Of a stretch of 64,000 nt of DNA, positions 54,233 to 62,503 are shown in pieces. Below the pieces are notes generated by a model, which ran no database searches, was not told the DNA's origin, and worked only from the letters and a program-made list of their open reading frames with translations. A program made the translations under genes and the position numbers. The DNA comes from an uncultured delta proteobacterium. Lineage in GTDB: Bacteria > Myxococcota_A > UBA9160 > SZUA-336. How positions within the stretch are numbered: the first letter of the stretch is position 1; every line of letters starts with the position of its first letter. The DNA lies in assembly GCA_963704165.1 (NCBI GenBank), contig CAVPHD010000003.1, forward strand, positions 384,001 through 448,000, read 5' to 3'.

Positions 54233-55749
54233 CTGCGCGGCTCGCCGCGCGCGAAACCGGGATCGAGGCGCGTGAGGATCTTGCGCACGGGCGCGGGGAT
54301 GTTCCGGCCGAACGCGCACAGGCTCGTCGCCGAGACCACGTCGAGCAGCGACACGAGCTCCGCGTCCGCCGCGCTCGAGTCCTCGCCGGAAAGCGCGAAC
54401 GCGCGCTGCGAGCCGACGCGGCACGGCACGCATTTCCCACACGATTCGTCGGCCATGAACGCGAGCCAATCGCGCGCGAGCGCGCGGAAGTCGGTCCCGT
54501 CCGGCAATGCCACGAGGCCGCCGTGACCGAGATCGATGCCTCGCGCTTCGAAGCTCTCGTAGCAGATCGGCACATCCCACTCGTCCGGCAGCAGGATCGA
54601 GCCCATCGGCCCGCCGATCGCGACCGCGGCGAGCGTCTCCCCCGGCCGCGCACCACCCGCCGTGTCCTCGATCAGCTCGCGCAGCGAGAGGCCGAACTCG
54701 ATCTCGACGATTCCGGGCCGCGCGAAGCCCGCGTTCAGACAGATCGCCTTCGTACCGCTCGACGCGCGAGTGCCGAGCTCCCGATACGCGGCGGGCCCGT
54801 GCCGGACGATCCATGGCACGTTGACCAGCGTCTCGACATTGTTCACGACCGTCGGCATCCCGAAGAGTCCCTGCGACGTCGGATAGGGCGGGCGCACGCG
54901 CACCTCGCCGCGCCGGCCTTCGAGTGCCGCGATCAGCGCGGTCTCTTCACCGCAGACGTAGCTGCCCTCGCCGCGCACGACACGCACCTCGAAGCCGAAG
55001 TCGCTGCCGACGACCGAAGGGCCGAGCAGGCCGGCGCCGCGCGCATCGACGATCGCGCGCTCGATGCGCTCCGCGGCACGCGGATACTCCGACCGGACGT
55101 ACACGATTCCGTGTCGAGCCCCCACCGCGAAGCCGCACAGCGCCATCCCTTCGAGCACGGTGTGTGGATCGCTCTCGAGCAGGACCCGGTCGACGAACGC
55201 CCCGGGATCGCCCTCGTCGCCGTTCGCGATCACGTATTTCTCCGCGCCGCGCGCACTCGCGGCGTGGCGCCACTTCGCACCGGTCGGGAATCCGGCACCT
55301 CCGCGGCCACGCTCGCCCGACGCCTCGAGCGCTCGCAGCACCATCGCAGGCTCGCGGTGCAAAGCCCGCTCGAGCGACTCCCAGACGCCCGCCGCGCGCG
55401 CGCGCGCGAAGTCGTCGTGATCCCCGAGGGCGATCCGTTCGCTCACGATCGGACGCCTCGACAGCGAGCGGACCTCCGGACGGGGCGCGAGCAGCGCGCC
55501 GCTCCCCCGTTCCAGCGCGGATCCGTCGGCGCGCAACACCACGGGCGAGCGGTCGCAGTAGCCCGCGCAGTAGATCCCCGTCTCGGACGCAGCGGAGTCG
55601 GACTCCGCCCCGCTCGAGGTCACGCGGCATGAGGTTCCACGACAGACGCGCAGAGCCCCGTCGGGAGCGCGGCGGTCTGCGAAGTACGAGTCGCGGGCAC
55701 GCGCGCGCGCAGGTCCGTCGCCGAAGGCTCGCCTCTTCTCGGAATTCAC
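54229..55749 (-). CDS. NADH-binding diaphorase subunit (NuoF/FdsB-like) with fused minimal NuoE-type 2Fe-2S domain
   Basis: CRGTSC..CAGYC; RGRGGAGFPTG.KW, NGDEGDPGAFVDR, YVCGEETALI, NNVETL, ESCGKCVPCR..SLC; GTG 55749 follows GAGGAA. Confidence 0.88.
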   Translation of the reverse strand: MNSEKRRAFGDGPARARARDSYFADRRAPDGALRVCRGTSCRVTSSGAESDSAASETGIYCAGYCDRSPVVLRADGSALERGSGALLAPRPEVRSLSRRPIVSERIALGDHDDFARARAAGVWESLERALHREPAMVLRALEASGERGRGGAGFPTGAKWRHAASARGAEKYVIANGDEGDPGAFVDRVLLESDPHTVLEGMALCGFAVGARHGIVYVRSEYPRAAERIERAIVDARGAGLLGPSVVGSDFGFEVRVVRGEGSYVCGEETALIAALEGRRGEVRVRPPYPTSQGLFGMPTVVNNVETLVNVPWIVRHGPAAYRELGTRASSGTKAICLNAGFARPGIVEIEFGLSLRELIEDTAGGARPGETLAAVAIGGPMGSILLPDEWDVPICYESFEARGIDLGHGGLVALPDGTDFRALARDWLAFMADESCGKCVPCRVGSQRAFALSGEDSSAADAELVSLLDVVSATSLCAFGRNIPAPVRKILTRLDPGFARGEPRR

Positions 55750-55839
55750 TTCCTCGCGAGGGTGCAAGTCGCAGTCCGTTCGGGTCGGCACGGTCTCGCT
55801 GCTCTCCTTCTCTAGATACTGCGGCATTTTGCCGCGAAT

Positions 55840-55855
55840 CGCGTCGCACGTGCCA
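55840..55855 (-). promoter_or_regulatory. sigma54 (-24/-12) promoter of the nuoF-fdh-cytochrome c operon
   Basis: Minus strand TGGCACGTGCGACGCG (perfect -24, GG-N10-GC). Confidence 0.5.
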
Positions 55856-55894
55856 CAGGCTCCGTGGGTTCGCGCCACGAACCGGCTCAGCAGC

Positions 55895-55910
55895 GGGTAC
55901 GCGCGTTGCA
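55895..55910 (+). promoter_or_regulatory. sigma54 (-24/-12) promoter of the usp gene
   Basis: GGGTACGCGCGTTGCA; the implied start site falls essentially at ATG 55923. Confidence 0.6.
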
Positions 55911-55922
55911 CCCGGCGGTAAC

Positions 55923-56828
55923 ATGACCTGGCCACCGCGGCGAATTCTCGTCGGGACCGACTTCTCCGACGCCTCACGCGCCGCCTCGCGTGCGGCCGCT
56001 GGGCTCGCGCGCCGTACCGGGGCCGAGATCGATCTGGTCCACGCGATTCGCAAGGGACCCGAGCTCGTGACCGGGTACGAACCCCTCGATGCGCTGCTGC
56101 TCCGCACGCCCGACCCGGCGCAGGCGCGTGCACACGTCGAGAAACAGCTCGCCGAACTCGCCGCCGAACTCGCGCCGGTCGCGGTGACATCCCACGTCGT
56201 CCGGGGCGAACCCGCTGCCGAGATCCTTGCGCTGCGCGAGCGGCTCGGTCCCGATCTGGTCGCGCTCGGCTCGGTCGGGCTGCGCGGCTTGCGGCGCTTC
56301 GTGCTCGGTAGCGTCGCCGACCGGGCGCTCCGTCGACCCGGTTGCCCGCTCCTGCTCGTGCGGGAGGCGAATCCCGTCGGCGAGTTCAAGACGATCGTCG
56401 TCGCCCAGCAGTTCCCGGACCGGCCGACCCCTTGGCTCGAGCTCGCGCTCCGAATCGCGCACGCGGAGCGCTCCGAGCTGGTCGTGCTGCACGTGCTCCC
56501 GGCGAAGGGGTACGTCTCCGATTCCCATCACGTCGATCTGGAGCCACAGAAGGCGCCCGAGAAGCTCGAGCGGCTGGTGCAGAAGCTCGATGCGACCGTC
56601 CCGGTGAGGATCGACACGCGCAGAGGCGATGCAGCCCATCTGATTCCGAGCGTCACCGAAGAGCTCGGCGCGGATCTCCTGATCATGGGCGCGGAGCGCA
56701 ATCGCGACGGTTGGCCGGGCCGCGTCACCGATCGCGTCGCGCGCGCGGGGCTTCCGGCTCTGCTCGTGGTCTGGCCCGAGGTCGAAGCGGAAGAGGAGTT
56801 CGCGGGCGACGGACCCGACGGCGGCTGA
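55923..56828 (+). CDS. Universal stress protein (tandem Usp domains)
   Basis: RILVGTDFSDAS..G.PAAEI..DLVALGS.G..FVLGSVADR; second domain ADLLIMG..GRVTDRV. Confidence 0.9.
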   Translation: MTWPPRRILVGTDFSDASRAASRAAAGLARRTGAEIDLVHAIRKGPELVTGYEPLDALLLRTPDPAQARAHVEKQLAELAAELAPVAVTSHVVRGEPAAEILALRERLGPDLVALGSVGLRGLRRFVLGSVADRALRRPGCPLLLVREANPVGEFKTIVVAQQFPDRPTPWLELALRIAHAERSELVVLHVLPAKGYVSDSHHVDLEPQKAPEKLERLVQKLDATVPVRIDTRRGDAAHLIPSVTEELGADLLIMGAERNRDGWPGRVTDRVARAGLPALLVVWPEVEAEEEFAGDGPDGG

Positions 56829-56905
56829 GTCGGCTTGGCAGCTCGCCATGGGACAACAAGTCGCAATCCGCACGGATAGAGCGCGGTCCGCACCCCTCAC
56901 TGCAA

Positions 56906-56921
56906 TGGCACATCTATTGCT
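56906..56921 (+). promoter_or_regulatory. sigma54 (-24/-12) promoter, consensus match
   Basis: TGGCACATCTATTGCT = TGGCAC-N5-TTGCT, 47 nt upstream of AGGAGG/ATG 56968. Confidence 0.88.
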
Positions 56922-56967
56922 GCGTTACTGACACAGATGTCAGCGCCGATGGCGCAGGAGGAACTCA

Positions 56968-57850
56968 ATGTCCGATTTTCTAGCCGGCTACTCGATTCAG
57001 AACTGGCTCGAGTCCTGCCCCCAGGGATACCTGGAAGGGACGACGTTCGGTCACGCTTCCGCGGAAGCCGAGCCCACCGCGATCCTCGAGAGCACGATCC
57101 TGCGCGAAGCTGCGATCCGCGGCACCGTCCAGCTGGTCGTGGGCGAGCGCGCGGCCCTCGCCGCTTCCTCGGGCCTGGTCAACGCGGCCCCGGACGAGGC
57201 GAGCAAGCGCTTCCTCGCCACGCAGACGCTCGACGAGGCGCGCCACGTCGAGATCTTCACGCAGCGGCTCTTCGACCTCGGCGTGAAGAAGGCCGAGCTC
57301 GAAGACGTGATCAAGCGCCACGCCTCGCCACACCTGGTGACGTTCGCCGAGCGTCCTGCTCGAGAAGGTCGACAAGAAGGACTTCGTCGCGGGCGTGGTC
57401 GGTCAGAACATCGTGCTCGAGGGTCTCGCGTTCAGCGTCTTCGAGATGCAGCACGCGGTGAACAAGGAGATGAATCCGAAGTTCGCGCACACGCTCTCCG
57501 GCACGATCGCGGACGAGCGGCGCCACGTCGGCTTCGGCGAGAACCGGATCGGCTCGCTCCTGAAGGAGCAGCCGCACAAGAAGCCGGAGATCGAGAAGAT
57601 GCAGAAGGACATGTCGTACCACATGCTCGCGACGTTCGCGGAGGCGTTCCGCCGAAACGACACCGCGGCCGAGGAAGAGCGCCGGCAACTCAACGCCGGA
57701 GCGACGGGCAAGGTCGAGTGGCAGGGTGCAGACCTCGCCAAGCTCGCGCCCGCCGAGATGGAGCAGCTGCTGGCCAACACGGTCCTGAAGGAGTTCAAGA
57801 TCCGGCTCGGCCGGCTCGGCCTCGAGTACCAGACGCCGGCGGCGCCGTGA
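56968..57850 (+). CDS. Ferritin-like di-iron carboxylate protein A (~293 aa after removing one extra base near 57352)
   Basis: VGERAA..TQTLDEARH..[+1 shift FAE/VLLEK]..QNIVLEG..IADERRHVGFGE: complete E/ExxH/E/ExxH ligand set. Confidence 0.85.
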
Positions 57851-58619
57851 GTCGAGAAGTTCATTCGCTCGCGCCGGACGAGTTTCTCGACGAGGTCCAC
57901 TCGTTCGAGTTCTGGTTCCACTCCGTCCAGGGGTATCTGGCCGATTCCGAATTCGGTCACCGGCCCGGTACGCCCGACGAGGAGCTGCCGACCGAACGGC
58001 GCGAGCGCTTGATCACGGTGCTCTGCAACTACTGCGTCGGCGAGACGGCCGCGCTCGACGGTGCGAGCGGGCTGATCGGATTCGCGCCGAACCGGCAGTC
58101 GAAGATCTTCCTGGCGACGCAGGTCGTGGACGAAGCCCGGCACCTCGAGGTGCTGATCCATCGGCTGAAGAAGCTCGGCGTGGAGGATCCCGAGCGGGAG
58201 ATCCAGCTTCGAGCCACGCGCACGCTGCAGGTCTTCCGGCGTCGGCTGCTCGAGCTCGTCGCGAGCAAGGACTGGGAGGCCGCGATCTTCGCGCAGAACG
58301 TGATTCTCGAGGCGATGGAGTTCGCGGCCTTTCAGACGCACGCTCGCGATGCGGACCCGATCACGCGCGAGCTGCTCGAGGGCATCATCAAGGACGAGCG
58401 ACGTCACATGGGATTTGGCGAGAACGATCTCGGTCGGCGTCTGTCCGCGCAACCCGCACGTCCGCGCACGACTTCTGGAGGTGAAGCGCGAGCTCGACCC
58501 GCTCGTCCTCGAGACGTTCGAAGAGATGCTCGCGGAGCTCGGGCATCCCTCGATCGGAGCGCCCCGAGCTGGGACAGAACTATCTGGCGACGGTCGAGCG
58601 ATTGGGGTTCAAGTCGTGA
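57847..58619 (+). CDS. Ferritin-like di-iron carboxylate protein B (~256 aa after two +1 corrections near 58453 and 58541)
   Basis: GTGA overlap with A; VGETAA..TQVVDEARH..QNVILEA..ADPITRELLEGIIKDERRHMGFGE; reconstructed end ..NYLATVERLGFKS* parallels A's ..RLGRLGLEY. Confidence 0.82.
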
Positions 58620-58916
58620 ACGACACCCTCATGCGGGAGGCCGCGTCCGAATCCGGGGCACCGCGCCAGCGGTTCATCCTCGAGGACACGGGCTTCGACG
58701 AGGTGCCCAAGAAGTACCGGCGCTTCTACCGGCGGCAGTCGGGGCCAGGCGACACCCTCGCACCCAACGAGGCGATCTGTCCGGTCTGCAAGGTGGTGAT
58801 CCGCTCCACGCGCGAGCTGCGCGAAGGCGATCGCGTCTACTGCATGCCCTGCATGTCGCGCCTCGTCATCTTCCGCAGCCGACTCGGGTCACCTCGAGGC
58901 GCGCGTCGTCTACTAA
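58616..58916 (+). CDS. Small CxxC-CxxC metal-ribbon (rubredoxin/zinc-ribbon-like) protein (~99 aa; the uncorrected frame ends at 58960)
   Basis: GTGA overlap with B; ICPVCK..GDRVYCMPCMSRL; a +1 shift near 58880 gives ..DSGHLEARVVY*. Confidence 0.7.
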
Positions 58917-58959
58917 ATCGGCCGACAGTCCTCGCACTCGAGCGCCGATGCGAAGGTTG

Positions 58960-59166
58960 ATGACGACGACTTCACCGTTGATCCGCCGACTTGGAAGCGG
59001 CTACTGCGCCTCCTGGAACGGCTTCTACCTGTACGACGAGGACCTTCAGCGCGTGCTCTCACGCGTCGCCGAGATCATGGAAGGCACAAATCCGGGCGAA
59101 AGCCGCGGCGAGGATCCCATCCGGGATCGTGCGGCGGCCGAGCCCGAGCTCACGACCGCCGACTAG
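58960..59166 (+). CDS. Hypothetical 68-aa protein
   Basis: ATG..TAG frame (..WNGFYLYDEDLQRVLSRVAEIME..); weak RBS and no recognised motif. Confidence 0.35.
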   Translation: MTTTSPLIRRLGSGYCASWNGFYLYDEDLQRVLSRVAEIMEGTNPGESRGEDPIRDRAAAEPELTTAD

Positions 59167-59313
59167 ATGCCCCGGCCATCCGAGCCGAAGTGCGCACCCG
59201 CGTCGCGATCCGAGCGTTAATTCGTCACCCTTCTCAGTCGCGTCGATTTCGATGCGGTGGGCCCCGGCACGGCGCCCGTTCCGCTATCGAAGGCGACTTC
59301 GAGGAGGACCGCG

Positions 59314-60108
59314 ATGGGCAGTGTCGGCGACCTGATGACCCCGCGACCTACGACGATCGAGGCGGATGCCTCCGCGCTCGCCGCTTTGGATCTGATGATC
59401 GATTCCGGCATTCGCCACCTGCCGGTCGTCGATGGGAAGTCACGACTGGTCGGGATCGTGTCCGTGGACGACCTGCGCGCGGCGCTCCCGTTCTCGGTCA
59501 GCCTGCGACGGCCTCCGGGCCCCGACGAGCGTGAGAACAGCCGCGACCTCAGCGTCGCCGAGGTCATGACTCACGGGCCTCTCACCGCGACCTCGAAGAC
59601 GAGCGTCGCGGAGGCAGCCGGGACGCTCGCGCGCTTCCGCATCGGTTGCCTGCCGGTCGTCGACGAGGAACGCCTGGTCGGAATCCTGTCTGAAACGGAT
59701 GTGCTCCGGTCGATTGCCGGCGAAGCGCCGGCGACGCCTGCGCGTCCGCCGCAGAGCCCGCGCGTTCGCGATCTCGAGGTGCTCGTCAGCGAGCTTCGCG
59801 CGGAGCGAACACGCATTCTCGGGCGCCTCGGACGCACGCAGCAGATCGAGCTCGAGGCGACACGCGAGGAACGCGCCGTGGCCATGGACGAGGCCGACCG
59901 CGCGGCGCACGCGACCGCGCTCCGGATCGACGAGCCCCTCGCCGCGCTCTCGGCGCGGCGCCTCGAAGCGCTCGACCACGCGCTCTTCCGCGCGACGCAG
60001 GGCCGTCTCGGCGTCTGCGAGAAGTGTGGCAAACCCATTCCCGTCGCCCGGCTTCGCGCGCTTCCGGGCACGGCGATCTGCGTCAGCTGCGCGCGCGCCG
60101 CGAACTGA
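59314..60108 (+). CDS. CBS-pair / DksA-TraR C4 zinc-finger fusion protein
   Basis: GAGGAGG RBS; VGDLMT..IRHLPVVD..VAEVMT..LPVVD..GILSETD; coiled coil with DEADRA; GVCEKCGKPIPVARLRALP..ICVSC. Confidence 0.88.
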   Translation: MGSVGDLMTPRPTTIEADASALAALDLMIDSGIRHLPVVDGKSRLVGIVSVDDLRAALPFSVSLRRPPGPDERENSRDLSVAEVMTHGPLTATSKTSVAEAAGTLARFRIGCLPVVDEERLVGILSETDVLRSIAGEAPATPARPPQSPRVRDLEVLVSELRAERTRILGRLGRTQQIELEATREERAVAMDEADRAAHATALRIDEPLAALSARRLEALDHALFRATQGRLGVCEKCGKPIPVARLRALPGTAICVSCARAAN

Positions 60109-60137
60109 CTCGACCACCCACGAGAAGGAGTGCGACC

Positions 60138-60356
60138 ATGACACACCGGCAGGAACTGGAGGATCAGGTCGCGTGCGAGGATTGTGGAGCACAGATCTCT
60201 CGCAGCGGCGAGCGCGGATTCGCCTTCGGCGAGGAAGGGGTGCTCTGCTTCGCCTGCTCGGAACGGCGCGGCGGACGCTACGACGCCGACGAGGACCGCT
60301 GGACGGTCGCACCGTCGCTCGCGGGGCTGCCGATCTCCGACGACTCCAAGCGCTGA
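60138..60356 (+). CDS. Small C4 zinc-finger hypothetical protein (72 aa)
   Basis: AAGGAG RBS; CEDC..LCFAC..RGGRYD..W..AP. Confidence 0.7.
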   Translation: MTHRQELEDQVACEDCGAQISRSGERGFAFGEEGVLCFACSERRGGRYDADEDRWTVAPSLAGLPISDDSKR

Positions 60357-61234
60357 CGCTCGCCGCATTCCTTCCGCTGCTCGTCGGAGCGGCGCGCGAC
60401 GAGGCCGCCGCTTCGCTTCAGCCCGTACTCGGCGCACCTCGCGTCATCGAAACCGAAGCCGGCGACACGTTGCTCGACATCGCCGAGCGCAACGGACTCG
60501 GGTTTCGCCAGGTCGTCGACCTGAATCCCGAGGTCGACATCTGGGTGCCGGAGCCCGGCACGCGCGTGCGGCTTCCGACCGAGTACATCCTTCCGAACGC
60601 GCCGCGCACGGGACTCGTGATCAACCTGCCCGAGATGCGCCTCTACGATTTCAGCGTCGATCCCGAGCAGCCGATCGTCCTCGCCGTGGCGATCGGCGAC
60701 GCCGAGGACCCGTCGCCGGTCGGCGAGTTCCGCATCGGGCGAAAACGCGTGAACCCGTACTGGAACGTGCCGGAGTCGATCCGCGCCGAGAACCCGGCGC
60801 TTCCCGCGGTCGTGCCGCCGGGACCGGACAATCCCCTCGGCGACCGCTGGCTCACGCTCGGGACGTCGAGCTACGGCATCCACGGCACGAACAACGTCTG
60901 GTCGATCGGGCGAATCTCGACGCACGGCTGCATTCGCCTGTACAACGCCGACATGCGCGCGCTCTTCGATCGAACCGACGTCGGTGCGCGCGTGAAGCTG
61001 ATCTACCAGCCCGTGAAGCTCGGACAGCGCGACGGGGACCTCTACCTCGAGGCCTACCGTGACGAGTACGACGTCGCGCCGGACGCTCCCTCGGCGACGC
61101 TCGTCGAGCTGATCGTGCTCGACGCTCTGGGCGTCATCGACGGCCGCTCGATCGACCACGAGCAGGTACGCCGCGTGATCCACGAAGCGCGCGGCGAACC
61201 GGTGCGCATCGGAAGGCTCAGGCCGGCCGACTGA
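60353..61234 (+). CDS. L,D-transpeptidase (LysM + YkuD; ErfK/YbiS family); start uncertain
   Basis: GDTLLDIA..NP.VD.W.P..G; VINLPEMRLY; VPPGPDNPLG; YGIHGTN..STHGCIRL. Confidence 0.9.
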   Translation: MTLAAFLPLLVGAARDEAAASLQPVLGAPRVIETEAGDTLLDIAERNGLGFRQVVDLNPEVDIWVPEPGTRVRLPTEYILPNAPRTGLVINLPEMRLYDFSVDPEQPIVLAVAIGDAEDPSPVGEFRIGRKRVNPYWNVPESIRAENPALPAVVPPGPDNPLGDRWLTLGTSSYGIHGTNNVWSIGRISTHGCIRLYNADMRALFDRTDVGARVKLIYQPVKLGQRDGDLYLEAYRDEYDVAPDAPSATLVELIVLDALGVIDGRSIDHEQVRRVIHEARGEPVRIGRLRPAD

Positions 61235-61243
61235 CCGGACCGA

Positions 61244-61525
61244 TCAGCGTCCGCTCTTCGTCATCGACTTGTTGAAGATCGCCTCGGTCTTCCTCGACGC
61301 TGCATTGGCGTCGTTGGCTGCGGCCTGTGCAGCAGCGGCGGCCTGCTTGGCGGCGGCTTCGGCGGCAGCGGCGCGCTGCTCGGCCGCAGCAATGCGGCTG
61401 TCCGTGCTCTTGGACAGGGCGTCGATCTTCGCGTCGAGTCGCTCGATGTCGCCGTTCGTCGCGCAGGCCGATAGACCCAAGGCCAGCGCTGCGAACCCCA
61501 CGACGATTCCTCGATGTACTCTCAT
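61244..61525 (-). CDS. Lpp/OprI family alanine-zipper lipoprotein
   Basis: AGGAGG RBS, lipobox LSAC-A, Ala-rich coiled coil, ..IFNKSMTK(SGR). Confidence 0.85.
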   Translation of the reverse strand: MRVHRGIVVGFAALALGLSACATNGDIERLDAKIDALSKSTDSRIAAAEQRAAAAEAAAKQAAAAAQAAANDANAASRKTEAIFNKSMTKSGR

Positions 61526-61558
61526 GTCGTCCTCCTGTGAAACCGAGCAGCAGGCCCG

Positions 61559-61574
61559 TGCAATCGGTGAGCCA
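61559..61574 (-). promoter_or_regulatory. sigma54 (-24/-12) promoter of the lpp/oprI-like gene
   Basis: Minus strand TGGCTCACCGATTGCA, 34 nt upstream of the ATG. Confidence 0.7.
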
Positions 61575-61945
61575 GCGGCGCGGGGGCGTGAGACCTGCGG
61601 ATTCCCGCGCGCTCATGTGTACACCGCGCACGGGCGCGAGGCAATCGGCCGCAAAGCCTTCGACGTGCCGAGACCAGGAGAGAGAGGATACTCGCAAGAG
61701 TGACAGCTATCGCCGACGCGGTGCGAGTCACGCTCGGCTGGGGTGAACATCGCCAAACGTGTCAATCTGTCGGATCGGGAGTCGAACCTCGGCGCACGGA
61801 TGCGGCCCGAGGCCGCGCTCGAGAACACCGTCACCGTGGCGAGCGTTCCGGCTCGCCGAGGAAGCGCTCACCGAGATCGAGAGGTATCCGACCGGGTGGG
61901 GCCCGGGCACCTCGGAAAAGGACTTGAAGCAAAGGAGCAAGCGAG

Positions 61946-62476
61946 TTGAAGAGCAAGCAACCGAAGAAGAAGCTGGCTGGAAAGCGCGGGGGACGTCCGC
62001 AGCCTGCGCGTCGCGAAGCGCAGGGCGACACCTATCGAAAGAAGGTGAAGAAGGTCGAGACGAAGCTGCCCGACGTCACCGTCTGCCCGGACTGCAAGGC
62101 GATCTTCCGCGCCGGGCGCTGGCGTTGGGCGAGCGTCGCCCGGCCGACGGGCACGCGCCGTGAGCTCTGTCCCGCGTGTCAGCGGACGAAGGACGGGTTC
62201 CCGGCGGGTGAGGTCACGATCCGGGGAGAGTTCGCCACGATTCACCGCGACGAGATCCTCTCCACCATCCGCAATCTCGAGGCGAAGGAGAAATCCACGC
62301 GCCCGTTGAACCGGCTGATGGAGATCCGCGACGACGGCGACTCGGTCGTGATCACGACGACGGACGTGCACCTCGCTCACGCGATCGGTGTCGCGCTCTT
62401 CAACGCCTATCGCGGCGCGCTCCGCGCGCCGTGGGTCGAGAAGGGCGATCTACTGCGCGTCAACTGGGAGCGCTAG
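61946..62476 (+). CDS. BCAM0308 family protein
   Basis: AAGGAG + TTG; DTY..TVCPDCKAIF..GRW.W..LCPACQR..D.FP.G..HLAHAIG.AL..AY.G..RVNWER. Confidence 0.85.
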   Translation: MKSKQPKKKLAGKRGGRPQPARREAQGDTYRKKVKKVETKLPDVTVCPDCKAIFRAGRWRWASVARPTGTRRELCPACQRTKDGFPAGEVTIRGEFATIHRDEILSTIRNLEAKEKSTRPLNRLMEIRDDGDSVVITTTDVHLAHAIGVALFNAYRGALRAPWVEKGDLLRVNWER

Positions 62477-62503
62477 CCGGGCTCTACCGGCGAGCGGTCG
62501 TGT

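Noticed and set aside
56968..58619. Ribonucleotide reductase R2 or phenylacetate/soluble monooxygenase operon
   Set aside because: No R1 subunit, reductase, PaaB/D/E or coupling protein is adjacent, and the first ligand is Glu in both chains. Not formally excluded without a search.
58616..58916. LysW/amino-group carrier protein
   Set aside because: The zinc-ribbon spacing is similar, but the C-terminal EDWGE motif is absent in either reading and no lysX/argX-type ligase is nearby.
56968..59166. 732-aa track ORF as a single multidomain ferritin protein
   Set aside because: It is a chance in-frame join of the first half of A, an off-frame stretch, most of B and downstream sequence. GTGA overlaps and paralogous C-termini support separate genes.
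61290..61400. Tandem GCN-rich repeat
   Set aside because: Explained by the alanine-zipper coding sequence of the Lpp/OprI-like gene.
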